From an uncultured Actinomycetota bacterium (GTDB lineage Bacteria; Actinomycetota; Actinomycetes; JAHEKZ01), in the NCBI GenBank assembly GCA_963829525.1, contig CAWHIJ010000003.1, positions 1,760,001 through 1,824,000 of the forward strand: DNA of 64,000 nucleotides. Reading direction: 5' to 3'. Within the stretch, counting starts at the first letter, position 1, and each line of letters opens with the position of its first letter. This document shows, piece after piece, positions 46,629-56,489 of the stretch. The translations under genes and the position numbers were made by a program. The notes below the pieces were generated by a model. The model saw nothing but the letters and a program-made list of their open reading frames with translations, did not search any database and was not told the origin of the DNA.

Positions 46629-47906
46629 GTGAGTCGCATCGTGCTGATGGGTTCAGGTGAGACGGCACCAGCGATGGTCAAGACCCACCGTGCCGTCCTT
46701 GCCGCATCCGGTGACGGTCCGGCCGTCATGTTGGACACCCCCTATGGCTTTCAGGTCAACGCCGACGACCTCACGAATCGCACCCTTCGCTACTTCGAAG
46801 AATCCGTCGGTCAGAAGGTCACGCCCGCCAGTTGGCGTCGGTCCGACATCCCGGCTGCCGAGAGGGAGCGGGTTCTTGCTCAGGTGAGCCGAGCAGCTTG
46901 GCTTTTCGCCGGCCCCGGTAGCCCCACGTACGCGTTGGACCAATGGCATGGCACACCCTTGGTTGGCGCCATCGGAGACGTCGTCGACCGTGGCGGCACG
47001 GTCGTTCTGGGCAGTGCCGCCGCGGTAACGGCCGGACGCTGGGCCCTACCCGTCTACGAGATCTACAAGGTGGGAGTGGCGCCCTTCTGGGCTGAGGGTC
47101 TTGATCTACTCACCCGGTTCCTCGACCTTCCGGTTGCAGTGGTCCCGCACTACGACAACGCCGAGGGCGGGACCTACGACACCCGCTTTTGCTACCTCGG
47201 CGAGGAACGGCTCGAGCTGCTGGAACAAGACCTACCGGAGAATGCGGCAGTGCTTGGCATCGACGAGCACACAGCAGTCATCGTCGATCGTGGTGCGAGT
47301 ACCGTCGAGGTCTCCGGGGTCGGCCACCTCACGGTGCGCCGCCATGGGCAAAGTGAACTGGTGCCCTCCGGTTCGGTCCTCAATGTCGACGAGCTTGCCG
47401 CAATCGTGGCCGGGATCCGCCACGTGCCGGGTGGGTTCTCAGGACCGGGTGCCAGTGCCGATGAGGCTGAGCAACTGCCCGTCCCGCCGTCGCTGGATAC
47501 CGATGTCTCAGTGCAACGCAAGCTCTTTGATGCGGCCATGACAGACCGTGATGTTGATGCAGCCGTGGCTGCGCTGCTGGGTCTCGACGACATCTTGGTC
47601 GCATGGTCGGCCGACACGCTGCAAAGTGACTCGCTCGACCGCGGACGCCGTGAGCTTCGGGCCATGGTGGTCCGACTCGGCGAGTTGGCTCGATCTGGGG
47701 CAGCAGACCCGTCGGCGGCTCTCGCACCTGTTGTCGACGCTGTGCTTGCCGCCCGCAGGTCAGCGCGTGAGGAGAAGGACTTTGCAACCAGCGACAGGCT
47801 ACGCGATGCCCTTGTTGCTGGCGGCATCGTGGTGATGGACACCCCGAGCGGCTCGACCTGGTCGATGCAAGGACCCGACGACGAAGGGCCCGGTTCCGCA
47901 CCGTGA
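46629..47906 (+). CDS. Peptidase S51/cyanophycinase-like (GATase-I fold) protein with C-terminal CysS/YqeB-like domain
   Basis: LMGSGET, FAGPGSP, GSAAA, VVPHYDN, GIDEHTA; tail ARRSAREEKDFATSDRLRDAL..GIVVMDTPSGSTW resembles the CysRS C-terminus. Confidence 0.75.
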   Translation: MSRIVLMGSGETAPAMVKTHRAVLAASGDGPAVMLDTPYGFQVNADDLTNRTLRYFEESVGQKVTPASWRRSDIPAAERERVLAQVSRAAWLFAGPGSPTYALDQWHGTPLVGAIGDVVDRGGTVVLGSAAAVTAGRWALPVYEIYKVGVAPFWAEGLDLLTRFLDLPVAVVPHYDNAEGGTYDTRFCYLGEERLELLEQDLPENAAVLGIDEHTAVIVDRGASTVEVSGVGHLTVRRHGQSELVPSGSVLNVDELAAIVAGIRHVPGGFSGPGASADEAEQLPVPPSLDTDVSVQRKLFDAAMTDRDVDAAVAALLGLDDILVAWSADTLQSDSLDRGRRELRAMVVRLGELARSGAADPSAALAPVVDAVLAARRSAREEKDFATSDRLRDALVAGGIVVMDTPSGSTWSMQGPDDEGPGSAP

Positions 47907-47927
47907 GGTGAGGAACCGGGCCCTTCG
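47882..47927. terminator. Bidirectional terminator hairpin between convergent genes
   Basis: CGAAGGGCCCGGTTCC...GGAACCGGGCCCTTCG, 16-bp perfect stem. Confidence 0.8.
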
Positions 47928-47952
47928 CGAAGCCTGGTATCAGGCCCCGAGA

Positions 47953-48156
47953 TCAGGCGAGACGGACGTTCTCCGCCTGCGGACCCTTCGGGCCCTGCGT
48001 GATTTCGAACTCGACGCGCTGGTTCTCTTCAAGGGTGCGGTACCCGTCCATCGTGATGGCCGAGAAGTGAACAAAGACGTCGGCTCCGCCGCCGTCTTGC
48101 TCAATGAATCCGTAACCCTTTTCAGCGTTGAACCACTTAACGCTGCCTACTGCCAT
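47953..48156 (-). CDS. cspA: Cold-shock protein
   Basis: [35 protein letters not shown]. Confidence 0.96.
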   Translation of the reverse strand: MAVGSVKWFNAEKGYGFIEQDGGGADVFVHFSAITMDGYRTLEENQRVEFEITQGPKGPQAENVRLA

Positions 48157-48300
48157 GAAACTCTCCAACTCTTGATGCTGCCACTCCCGCAGGCTGCGGG
48201 GGCGGGGTTGCGGCACCGAGAGTGCCCGCGAGTCTTTCCGCGAGCGTTTCGGAGAAACGAGACGACGGAAAACTTCTACAACCAACCATGACGTTACCAC
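48157..48300 (-). promoter_or_regulatory. Extended -10 promoter and long structured 5'UTR of csp gene
   Basis: TGG-TAACGT at about 48291-48299; about 125-nt leader with hairpins (GGCAC..GTGCC, CCCGCAG.CTGCGGG). Confidence 0.5.
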
Positions 48301-48327
48301 GGGCGCCACCTGAGGGGACGAAGCCAC

Positions 48328-49833
48328 TCACGTCAGGTCGGTCGAAGCTGGTGCCACAGGAGCAGTCGGGTCGATCGCCTGGATCTGGATGGACTGGACC
48401 AGACGCGGATCGTGCGGCGCCATCGATACCGCTATCCGGACCCGACCCGCCCTCTCCTGCCCGCTCATCAGCCAGCTGGCCGTCCCAGGCGATGGACAGG
48501 TCACGGTGTCTGGGACAACATCCAGACTCCCGTGCGAACGATGGAGAGCGCGCCAGATCGCCACCCGCTCGGTCCATGGCATGTCCATCTCGACGTTTTC
48601 GGCGCACATCGCCCGTAAGGTCGAGGCGGCCTCCCCGTCGGGGTCTGATCCCCGTAGCCAGTCAGTGACCGACCTCTGGGCGGAATCGAGCATCGACAGA
48701 CTCACTGGTGGTGGGTGCAGTGGCGCCCCAAGCTGGGTCACGAGATCAGCAAGCGCAGCGGTCGCGACCGTCGACATGGGGGCGTAGGTGCTGTTGGCGA
48801 GGGCCACAATCCCGAGGCCAGAGACGGGGTGCCACCGCATGTGGGAGCCAAATCCGGGGTAACCGCCGGAGTGGTAGACACTACGGCCCCACGACCGGAA
48901 GGTTTCGAAGAGGCCGAACCCGTACCCGGTCACTTCTGGGGCGGCCTCTGATGAGCCGGCAGAAGTTGCGGCCACCATTCGCTGGGTGACCTGCATCTCG
49001 GCCAGCGATGACGCCTGCAGCGGGAGCGCGCCCTCCGCTGAGAGCCCCCGTCGGTCTTGTCGGTGCACAGATTGCAACAAGCCAACCCAAACAGCCAGGT
49101 CGCTCACGGTGCTCAAGATTCCGCCCATCGGCGAGAAGGCGCCGGGGCCGGCGATCGGTTCTTCGACCCATCCAGTGCTGCGCCGTACGTAGCCGTTGGC
49201 GACAGTCTTGCCCCGAAGGCCGTCGGGGTCGAAACCACTTGAAACCATTCCGAGGGGCTGTAACAGCTGGGACTCGACGACCTCGATGTACGTGCGTCCG
49301 GTGACGTTTTCGATCACAAGTCCAAGCAGGGCGTATCCCAGATTCGAGTACTCAAACCGCAGCCCAGGCGGCCAGAGCGGAGTCAGCCCCCGTGCAACCA
49401 GGGCACGAAACGCGGAGACCGGGAGGTCCTGCTGCCGGTCTCCCCACGGGTCGTCACTGAGAAAGCCGCCGCCCATGGTCAGCAGTTGGCGCACGGTGAT
49501 CTCACGCGCAGCGGCTCCACCGGCCGCCAGCTCCGGAACGAAGTCGACCACCGGTGCATCGAGGCTGAGCACACCGTCGTCGCGCAGCCGCAACAACACG
49601 GCGGCGGTGAAGCTCTTGGTCATCGACGCGATCCGAAAGACCGTCGCACGATCTGGAGCCGGCCCAGCGGGCAGCGCGAGTGAACCGAGGCCCCGGGAAC
49701 AGACGATCGCTCCCTCAGACACGACTGCGTAAGCCATGCCCGGCGCCGATCCAGCGTCCATACTCCGCAGAAAGTGCGGGTCCACGACGGCCGCGACGCG
49801 AGCGTCATCGAGGTCTGCGATGGTCCAGGTCAC
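48328..49833 (-). CDS. Serine hydrolase, beta-lactamase/PBP family
   Basis: FRIASMTKS (SxxK), LLTM, FEYSNLGY, HSGGYPGF. Confidence 0.9.
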   Translation of the reverse strand: MTWTIADLDDARVAAVVDPHFLRSMDAGSAPGMAYAVVSEGAIVCSRGLGSLALPAGPAPDRATVFRIASMTKSFTAAVLLRLRDDGVLSLDAPVVDFVPELAAGGAAAREITVRQLLTMGGGFLSDDPWGDRQQDLPVSAFRALVARGLTPLWPPGLRFEYSNLGYALLGLVIENVTGRTYIEVVESQLLQPLGMVSSGFDPDGLRGKTVANGYVRRSTGWVEEPIAGPGAFSPMGGILSTVSDLAVWVGLLQSVHRQDRRGLSAEGALPLQASSLAEMQVTQRMVAATSAGSSEAAPEVTGYGFGLFETFRSWGRSVYHSGGYPGFGSHMRWHPVSGLGIVALANSTYAPMSTVATAALADLVTQLGAPLHPPPVSLSMLDSAQRSVTDWLRGSDPDGEAASTLRAMCAENVEMDMPWTERVAIWRALHRSHGSLDVVPDTVTCPSPGTASWLMSGQERAGRVRIAVSMAPHDPRLVQSIQIQAIDPTAPVAPASTDLT

Positions 49834-49889
49834 CGGCCCAGCGTGCCACGCCGCTCCATGTCCTGCCCGCAATTGCCGATGGTGGGGAC

Positions 49890-50693
49890 ATGAGCCAATC
49901 TGCCCGCTTCTCCCGGCCCCTGCTCGCCTGCGTCGCCGCCCTCAGCCTGGTGGTGCCGCTTGCGGTGTCAGCCTCGCTGCCGGTGAGCGCCGCCGACAGC
50001 GCCCCCTACGTGGCCAACGATGTACCGGTGGCCAAAGGGTGCATTGTGCTCGGGCGCGCCTGGGCTGGCGTCAAGGTGTGGATGGTGCAACGCCGCCTCG
50101 GCACCACCGAGGAGCTGGACAGATATGGGCGAGAGACGCTCAGCGCAGTCACCGCCTTCCAGGAGCGGCGCGGGCTTCGTCCCACTGGGAAGGTCAACCG
50201 CCGAACCTGGAATGCCATGGGATTTGACCGTCCGTTCTGTATGGACAGGTTTACTACGCAGCCAACTGTCCGAGCGCGCGCTACCACCGACGAGCACATC
50301 GAGGCGATGATTGCTTGGGCTGGAAGACAGGTGGGACGGCGCTACATCTGGGGTGGTGCTGGACCGTTGGGCTATGACTGCTCGGGGCTGGCCCTTCAGG
50401 CCATGCATGCGGGCGGACGCGTCCTGCCGACCATCACCACCTACCTCCATCAGCGTCGCGACTTTGCCACTGCCTCGGCGATCTTCAACTCAGGGCTTCG
50501 TCAGGTGCCGCTCGCGGATCGCAAGAGGGGCGATCTCGTCTTCTATGGGCCCCAGGGATCAATCTCGCATATGGCGATCTACCTCGGCCACGGACGCGTG
50601 ATCGAGGCGGTTCGACCGGAGGTAAGGCTGCACTCTCTGTGGCAGCACGATGTGCCGCTCAAGTCCCGCGTTGTGCGTCCGTTCGGTCGATGA
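49890..50693 (+). CDS. Secreted NlpC/P60 peptidoglycan endopeptidase with PG-binding domain
   Basis: Signal peptide; AVTAFQERRGLRPTGKV; YIWGG..YDCSG, GDLVFY, HMAIY. Confidence 0.9.
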   Translation: MSQSARFSRPLLACVAALSLVVPLAVSASLPVSAADSAPYVANDVPVAKGCIVLGRAWAGVKVWMVQRRLGTTEELDRYGRETLSAVTAFQERRGLRPTGKVNRRTWNAMGFDRPFCMDRFTTQPTVRARATTDEHIEAMIAWAGRQVGRRYIWGGAGPLGYDCSGLALQAMHAGGRVLPTITTYLHQRRDFATASAIFNSGLRQVPLADRKRGDLVFYGPQGSISHMAIYLGHGRVIEAVRPEVRLHSLWQHDVPLKSRVVRPFGR

Positions 50694-50716
50694 AGCCGAA
50701 TGGTCTCGCCGGACCG

Positions 50717-51103
50717 CTAGAGCTCTTCATCCTGCCACAGCCCATCGGACAGGTGCATCCGCAGCGGCACGAAGCGCATCACCCCGGGCGCCGAACTGAG
50801 CACGGTGTTGAGCTCGGCCATGAGGTCGGCAAATCCTGGCGCTGAACGGTGGGCTGTCATCCCGTCCTCGCCGTTGAACCACTCGTGCAGCCAGACAACC
50901 TCAGGTTCATCGGGGTCGAGCGAGATGCAGAAGAACTCGGTGGCAGGCTCTTCAGGCAGCCGGTCGATGTAACGGTGCAGCGCGTCGAGCAAGGCCGCTC
51001 GCCCCCCTGATTCGGCCTGAAGCCGCACGACAAGACCCTGCCGGTCGGGAAGCAACCGCGTTCGCGGGGCACCATTCGCGTCACGTTCCAATGCACCACT
51101 CAT
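50717..51103 (-). CDS. ABM (antibiotic biosynthesis monooxygenase/quinol monooxygenase) family protein
   Basis: EEPATE..., VWLHEWF...AHRS ferredoxin-like pattern; AGAGATG/GG-rich upstream region. Confidence 0.7.
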   Translation of the reverse strand: MSGALERDANGAPRTRLLPDRQGLVVRLQAESGGRAALLDALHRYIDRLPEEPATEFFCISLDPDEPEVVWLHEWFNGEDGMTAHRSAPGFADLMAELNTVLSSAPGVMRFVPLRMHLSDGLWQDEEL

Positions 51104-51166
51104 AGGACATCTCTACCACTTGTTCGCCGGCGACACCCAGGGCTTAGCGGCTCAATCAGAGCCGCG

Positions 51167-52105
51167 TCACCAACCGAAGTCCTCGCCCAGAAGCTCAGTA
51201 AGCTCGCGGTTGAATGGCTCGTAGTAGGCGGCCAGTCGCTCACGGGTTTCAGGGAGAATCTTGGGGTTGCCCTCTCGGGCGTTCCTGGCGCCCAAGTCCA
51301 CGGCATGGTGATCTAGGCCGAGGTGGTCCTCGATGCGCCGAAACGCACCGGCCGCATCGTTCTTGAGCGCCTCAAGCGGAAGTACGAGTAACTGTTCCCT
51401 CGGGAAGTACTCAAAGTAGATGCGCAGCTGTTCGGCATATCGGCCGCGTGCGAGATATGTATGGTGATCATGATCGAAGCTGTAGTGATCGGGAACCGCC
51501 AGCCACTCATTCGTCACACCCGACAGCCGTCCCTCCTCCGCGTCTATCGCCTGCTCAAAGGTCGGGAGGTCCTCCGTTCCTGCCACGACCCGGTCAAAGT
51601 AGTTGGAGTGGGCTCTGGACACCGGCTCGCGAAGGATGGCGATTAGACGCGCCTGGGGAGCGGTCTCCCTAATCCGCGCCGCTGCGGCCGGGTGAAACAG
51701 GTAGTAGGGCGACGTCTCCCCAACCTGTGCTGCCCCAGCACGCCTGCGTCGGGCGTTGCGTGCCAGCCTCGTGGGGAAGTGTGAGAGATACCAGTCGGCT
51801 CCTCTTCCGTAGTTGATGTCGAAGAAGTGGGGACTCTTTCGACGCTGAACACGCGGGAACATCGGCATCACTTGAGGATGTTCAACGAGCCAGTTGGCTA
51901 CAGATGTCGTGCCACCCTTCTTCGCCCCGATCACCAAGAAGTCCGGCATCTGACGATGCCTGGCAGTCGCCGATCCGTAGGTGCGGGCTGAGTCTCGTAG
52001 GAAGTTGGCTAGCTCTGTGGGTGCGCCACGTCTGACACGATTCCATCGAGTTGACTTGCGCATACCTCCGATCGGCTCGGCCCCTGGGCTCGGAGCGACT
52101 CCCAT
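51167..52105 (-). CDS. PAPS-dependent sulfotransferase (heparan-sulfate ST-like)
   Basis: PDFLVIGAKKGGTTS (5'-PSB), GETSPYY, LREPVSRAHS (3'-PB), YEPFN.EL. Confidence 0.9.
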   Translation of the reverse strand: MGVAPSPGAEPIGGMRKSTRWNRVRRGAPTELANFLRDSARTYGSATARHRQMPDFLVIGAKKGGTTSVANWLVEHPQVMPMFPRVQRRKSPHFFDINYGRGADWYLSHFPTRLARNARRRRAGAAQVGETSPYYLFHPAAAARIRETAPQARLIAILREPVSRAHSNYFDRVVAGTEDLPTFEQAIDAEEGRLSGVTNEWLAVPDHYSFDHDHHTYLARGRYAEQLRIYFEYFPREQLLVLPLEALKNDAAGAFRRIEDHLGLDHHAVDLGARNAREGNPKILPETRERLAAYYEPFNRELTELLGEDFGW

Positions 52106-52277
52106 GCTGACCTTCCTACCTTCCTGAAGCAATATCACTTGGGGCACCACAATCTCGCACACCATACGGTCGAGACACCCTCGCGACACCTCGTCACCCA
52201 TTTGGTCGCATCGTGGGGGTCATCCATTTGTTTGCTCGGTAAACGGTAAACTCGGTCGCCAGGAGCGAGGGGGGTGA

Positions 52278-53228
52278 ATGGGCGTGTCTGGTGCGTATGG
52301 GCCCGATATCGTCATTGCCGGGTCCGCCCGCTCGGGGACTTCGTCACTTGCCTCCTGGCTGAGCAGCCACCCCTGTGTCGACCCGGGGGCCATCAAGGAG
52401 CCCAACTTCTTCAGCCGCGAGACCGATCGCGGGTTGGACTGGTACGACAGGCTCTACGAGCCGCGGCGTCCAGACCTGCTCAGGCTAGATGCGAGCATGT
52501 CTTACACCTTCAAGCAATTCCCGAACGCTCTTCGCGACCTCGTCGCAGAATCGCCCAGGGCGGTCGTCATTTACGCCGTTCGGCATCCAATCAGACGACT
52601 GTTATCGCACTACCAGCTCCACAGGGACTACTTTGGCAGTGATCCAGCCCAATCCCTTGGGCAGGCTCTTGCCCCTTCGGGGCGGTACGTCAGTGTCTAC
52701 ACCGGTGCGAGCGACTACGCGTTCTGGCTGCCTCAACTAGCCGAGCACGTGGACCCTTCGAACCTCATCATCGTTCCTTTCCCGGTCATCACCGGGGCTC
52801 GTAAGAAGTTGGCTGAAATGCTTTGTGCGGCGACGGGCTTAGCCGAAGAACCGCTGCTGCAACAGACCGCTGCCACAGACGAACACCGAAACCATGTGGT
52901 CCAGTTTCGCGGTGGCGGGGTCCGCAAACTCCGCAGAGTGGTCCGTCGCGCCGGCCTCTACCCGACCGTCCGTCGCACGCTGGGTGCCGACCGGTTACGC
53001 CGTCTCCGGTCGCTGGCGACACGCCAAGCGGAGACAGAAAGCCTCACCGATGCTCTTGCTACCTGCTCCGCGGATCAACTCGACCAGCTTCGCAAGCTGT
53101 ACGAAAGCGCACGAACGTCGACCGCCGAGGCATTGGCGCTGCAGGACTCCAGGCTCGGTCTTCAGTGGGCACGGGATTGGCACATCGAGTGCCCCGAGAT
53201 TGCCGCGGGCTCGGAGGCTCGCTGGTGA
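52278..53228 (+). CDS. Sulfotransferase family protein
   Basis: GSARSGTSS, HP....KEPNFF, DASMSY, RHPIRRLLSHY. Confidence 0.85.
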   Translation: MGVSGAYGPDIVIAGSARSGTSSLASWLSSHPCVDPGAIKEPNFFSRETDRGLDWYDRLYEPRRPDLLRLDASMSYTFKQFPNALRDLVAESPRAVVIYAVRHPIRRLLSHYQLHRDYFGSDPAQSLGQALAPSGRYVSVYTGASDYAFWLPQLAEHVDPSNLIIVPFPVITGARKKLAEMLCAATGLAEEPLLQQTAATDEHRNHVVQFRGGGVRKLRRVVRRAGLYPTVRRTLGADRLRRLRSLATRQAETESLTDALATCSADQLDQLRKLYESARTSTAEALALQDSRLGLQWARDWHIECPEIAAGSEARW

Positions 53229-54418
53229 ATACCGCCTCGCAATCGGTGGCCGCGACGTCGCTCATCACGCGAGTTAGACCGATCTGGCCGGCTCCGACCA
53301 ACCTCCGTGTGAATCGGCGTGCTGGCAATTTCGAAGTTGGCTCGCAGAACTACCTCGTCCTGCCGAGCCTCCGACGGCCCGTCCTCCTTCTGCCCTCTCG
53401 GAGCCCGGCCGCTTCCGGTGCCATCGTCAGATTCGATGACGGGCAACGGGGAAAAGCCTTGGTACGAATCCTCGCCTGGGCTCAGGCGAAGGGTCTGTTG
53501 TACCGGCTGCCCTTGGCTCGGTTATCCGTCAGTGATCGGGCCGGGTGCCCGCTGGACGTCGTGGCGCGCACCCTCCCCGATGCCGACACGATCGTGGTAC
53601 GCCTCGGCCGCCCGCGCCATGGCAGGGCAGTAGTTCTCAATGCCCTTGACGCCGGTGGGCGATCGCTGGCGTTCGCAAAGTGTGCCTGGGGTGACCGGGT
53701 ATCCGACCTTCGGAGGGAGCAGACCAGCCTTACCACCATTGCTGACCATCCCGTTCCCGGCATCCGAACCCCGAAAGTGCTCGGATTGATCGAGCAAGGA
53801 GACTTCGCGGCGCTCGTGCTAGAGGCGCTCAGCCCGCAATCTGCTGCTGCTGAACCATCGGGTGTCCCAATCGTGGAGATGAGAGCCTTTGCCGAGCGTC
53901 ACGGGTGGCAGTCGAGCAGCCTGCGACTGACCCCAGCAATCGGTCGCCTGAGTGAGGGGATCAGCGCCATCCGAGACCCCGAGGAGCGAAAGTGGCTGGA
54001 GAGAGAACTGGATCGCCTAGTCACCGAACGAGGCGACATCGACACCAGGACAGGGTCATGGCACGGAGATTGGGTTCCATGGAACATGGCTCGAGACGCC
54101 GACGCCGTTCTTCTCTGGGATTGGGAGCATTGCGAGGATGGAGTGCTACCCGGGTTCGATCACCTGCACTACCTGGCCCAAGATCTTCGACTGCGCGAAG
54201 GACCAACCGAGAGCGCAGAGGACGCCTGGGTCTACAGCGCTCGTAAGGTCCTGGCGACCAACTGGGATGTACACCATGAAGAGGCGGACGCAGCTATCCG
54301 CACCTACCTCCTGGTGGTGAACCTCCGGTACGTCGCCGATCGCCAGGGGGCTCCTGACAGTAACGCTCGGCGCGCGGGTTGGTCGCGACAGCTGCTTGAG
54401 CGGCTCGGGGAGGTCTGA
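53225..54418 (+). CDS. APH/choline-kinase-like phosphotransferase
   Basis: AFAK, HGDWVPWNM, WDWE, GFDHLHY; GTGA overlap. Confidence 0.75.
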   Translation: MNTASQSVAATSLITRVRPIWPAPTNLRVNRRAGNFEVGSQNYLVLPSLRRPVLLLPSRSPAASGAIVRFDDGQRGKALVRILAWAQAKGLLYRLPLARLSVSDRAGCPLDVVARTLPDADTIVVRLGRPRHGRAVVLNALDAGGRSLAFAKCAWGDRVSDLRREQTSLTTIADHPVPGIRTPKVLGLIEQGDFAALVLEALSPQSAAAEPSGVPIVEMRAFAERHGWQSSSLRLTPAIGRLSEGISAIRDPEERKWLERELDRLVTERGDIDTRTGSWHGDWVPWNMARDADAVLLWDWEHCEDGVLPGFDHLHYLAQDLRLREGPTESAEDAWVYSARKVLATNWDVHHEEADAAIRTYLLVVNLRYVADRQGAPDSNARRAGWSRQLLERLGEV

Positions 54419-55566
54419 TGGGCTCCCCGAACAGTCTGCGAATCCTCCACGTAAGCGAGGTTCACTGGGGTGGCGTTGTCGTTCTCTTAAGGCACTTCGC
54501 AGCTGAGCAAATCGCACAAGGTCACGAAGTGCACGTCCTGGCCCACCCGGACATGCCCGATCTCGGGCCTGGTGTCACGATTCACAGATGGCACCTTGAT
54601 CGCCGCCGACCAACTACCTACTTGAAAGCCATTCGTCAGTATCACGCGGCGGTCAGAGTCGTTGTGCCAGATGTCGTCCATGTCCATTCCTTCGTCGCCG
54701 GCTTCCTCTGTCGCTTTCCTCTCACCAAGCCACCACGCTCTGCCGCAGTCGTCTATCAACCCCATGCATGGGCCGACACCGTCTTCTCAAATCCCCTGAT
54801 CTCAGCCACGGTGAGGCAGTCCGAGCGTCTTTCAGCTCGTCGTACCGATCTCGTGGTTGCGAATTGTGAGGATGAACTGCGACGCGGTGAAGCACTCGGT
54901 GTTCGAGTGCCCGGGCGAGCGCTTGGTGTCGCCGTGGATTTGGCAACGTTCAGGCCACCGACCCCGGCCGAACGAGAGTCGGCTCGAAAGGCGCTCGGTC
55001 TTACCGAGGAACGGATAGCCCTCATCCTGGGTCGCCTGGTCCGGCAGAAAGGGCAGGACCTCTTGTTGCCGGTATGGGCCGCTCATCGTCCCGCTGACAC
55101 CACACTCGCGCTGGTCGGTCCGGGAGATCCTGGCTGGGTTGAACACTTCGCGGGCAGCCAATGGGGAAGGACCGTATTCGCCCCGGGACCGACCGACAAC
55201 GTTCTCCCTTGGCTCTGGGCAGCCGACGTGCTGGTTCTTTGCTCACGATACGAGACAGTCGGACTCGTCGTCGCCGAAGCGATGTCCGTCGGACTGCCCG
55301 TGGTAGCTACCCGAGTAGACGGTGCTCAAGAGGTTTTGCTTGATGGCGTGGAGCAGCCGGCTGGGGCGGTCGTCGAGTCCGCTGACATGGATGGTGTCAT
55401 CCGCGAACTGACCCGACGCCTTGAGGACCCTGACCTGCACCGAAGTGAGGCAGCCGCCGGGCCACTCCGAGCCAAGGTTCGGTTTGCGCCGAACGCGGTC
55501 GCTGAGCGTCTCGTGGCCGCCTATCGAGAAGCGATCAAGTACGCAGACGAAAGGAAGGGTCTGTGA
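54418..55566 (+). CDS. GT4 glycosyltransferase
   Basis: GRLVRQKGQD, SRYETVGLVVAEAMSVGLPVVAT. Confidence 0.92.
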   Translation: MGSPNSLRILHVSEVHWGGVVVLLRHFAAEQIAQGHEVHVLAHPDMPDLGPGVTIHRWHLDRRRPTTYLKAIRQYHAAVRVVVPDVVHVHSFVAGFLCRFPLTKPPRSAAVVYQPHAWADTVFSNPLISATVRQSERLSARRTDLVVANCEDELRRGEALGVRVPGRALGVAVDLATFRPPTPAERESARKALGLTEERIALILGRLVRQKGQDLLLPVWAAHRPADTTLALVGPGDPGWVEHFAGSQWGRTVFAPGPTDNVLPWLWAADVLVLCSRYETVGLVVAEAMSVGLPVVATRVDGAQEVLLDGVEQPAGAVVESADMDGVIRELTRRLEDPDLHRSEAAAGPLRAKVRFAPNAVAERLVAAYREAIKYADERKGL

Positions 55567-56489
55567 CCCAAACTCGACCGAACTTCCTAGTGGTGGGGGC
55601 CGCTCGGAGTGGGACAACCGGCCTCGTTGAGGGTCTGAGGTCCCACCCCCGCGTGTTCGTGACCGATCCCAAGGAACCGCACTTCTTCGCGCTGCACGAG
55701 ACTGGTGCACACTTCACAGCACCTGGTGACCAACACACGATCAACCGCGTGGCAGTGACAGAGCGACAGGCATACCTTGATCTCTACCCACAGGTCCACG
55801 ACTACCTAGCTCTTGGCGACGCTTCGGTCTCCACGCTCTACTACGCCGAGACAGCCGTACCCGCCGTGCTCGAAATGAATCCGGAAATGAAGCTCGTCGT
55901 CATGCTGCGTGAACCGGTTGCACGCGCGTTCTCCAGCCATCAGTACATGCGGGCACGGGGTCTGGAGCCCGTCGAGGACTTTCTCGACGCGGTTGCACTG
56001 GAGGAAGAGCGCAAACGGGCGGGCTGGCATCACATTTGGCACTACACGGCTATGAGCCATTACAGCGACTCCCTCAGAGTCCTGTACTCCGCCTTCCCAC
56101 GAGAACAGGTTGGAGTGTGGTTCTACGACGATTTGAGTTCAGACTACGAGGCAACGGTCAGCCAGATTCTGCGATTCCTTGAGGTACCGCACATAGAAGG
56201 AGAGGCCTCCGGTATCCCCCGAGTCAACGTCTCAGGCCAGCCGAAGTACGCCGCACTGCACAAGGCCATCTCGGTGGCAACCGCCAACGACAGGCTCCGC
56301 TCGTTCGTCAAGAGCAGGACGTCCTACCGGCTCCGCGAGCGGGTACGGCGCGCAGCCCTTAGGTCAGACCCACTGCCGGCCGAGGCTCAGCACAAGCTTG
56401 GACCGCAGTTCCAGACCGATCTGGTGAAGCTCCGCGAACTTATCGATGGACCGGTTCCACGATGGCTTGAGTCGGCGGCGACCCGATGA
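55563..56489 (+). CDS. Sulfotransferase family protein
   Basis: PNFLVVGAARSGTT, KEPHFF, GDASVS, LREPVARAFS. Confidence 0.9.
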   Translation: MTQTRPNFLVVGAARSGTTGLVEGLRSHPRVFVTDPKEPHFFALHETGAHFTAPGDQHTINRVAVTERQAYLDLYPQVHDYLALGDASVSTLYYAETAVPAVLEMNPEMKLVVMLREPVARAFSSHQYMRARGLEPVEDFLDAVALEEERKRAGWHHIWHYTAMSHYSDSLRVLYSAFPREQVGVWFYDDLSSDYEATVSQILRFLEVPHIEGEASGIPRVNVSGQPKYAALHKAISVATANDRLRSFVKSRTSYRLRERVRRAALRSDPLPAEAQHKLGPQFQTDLVKLRELIDGPVPRWLESAATR

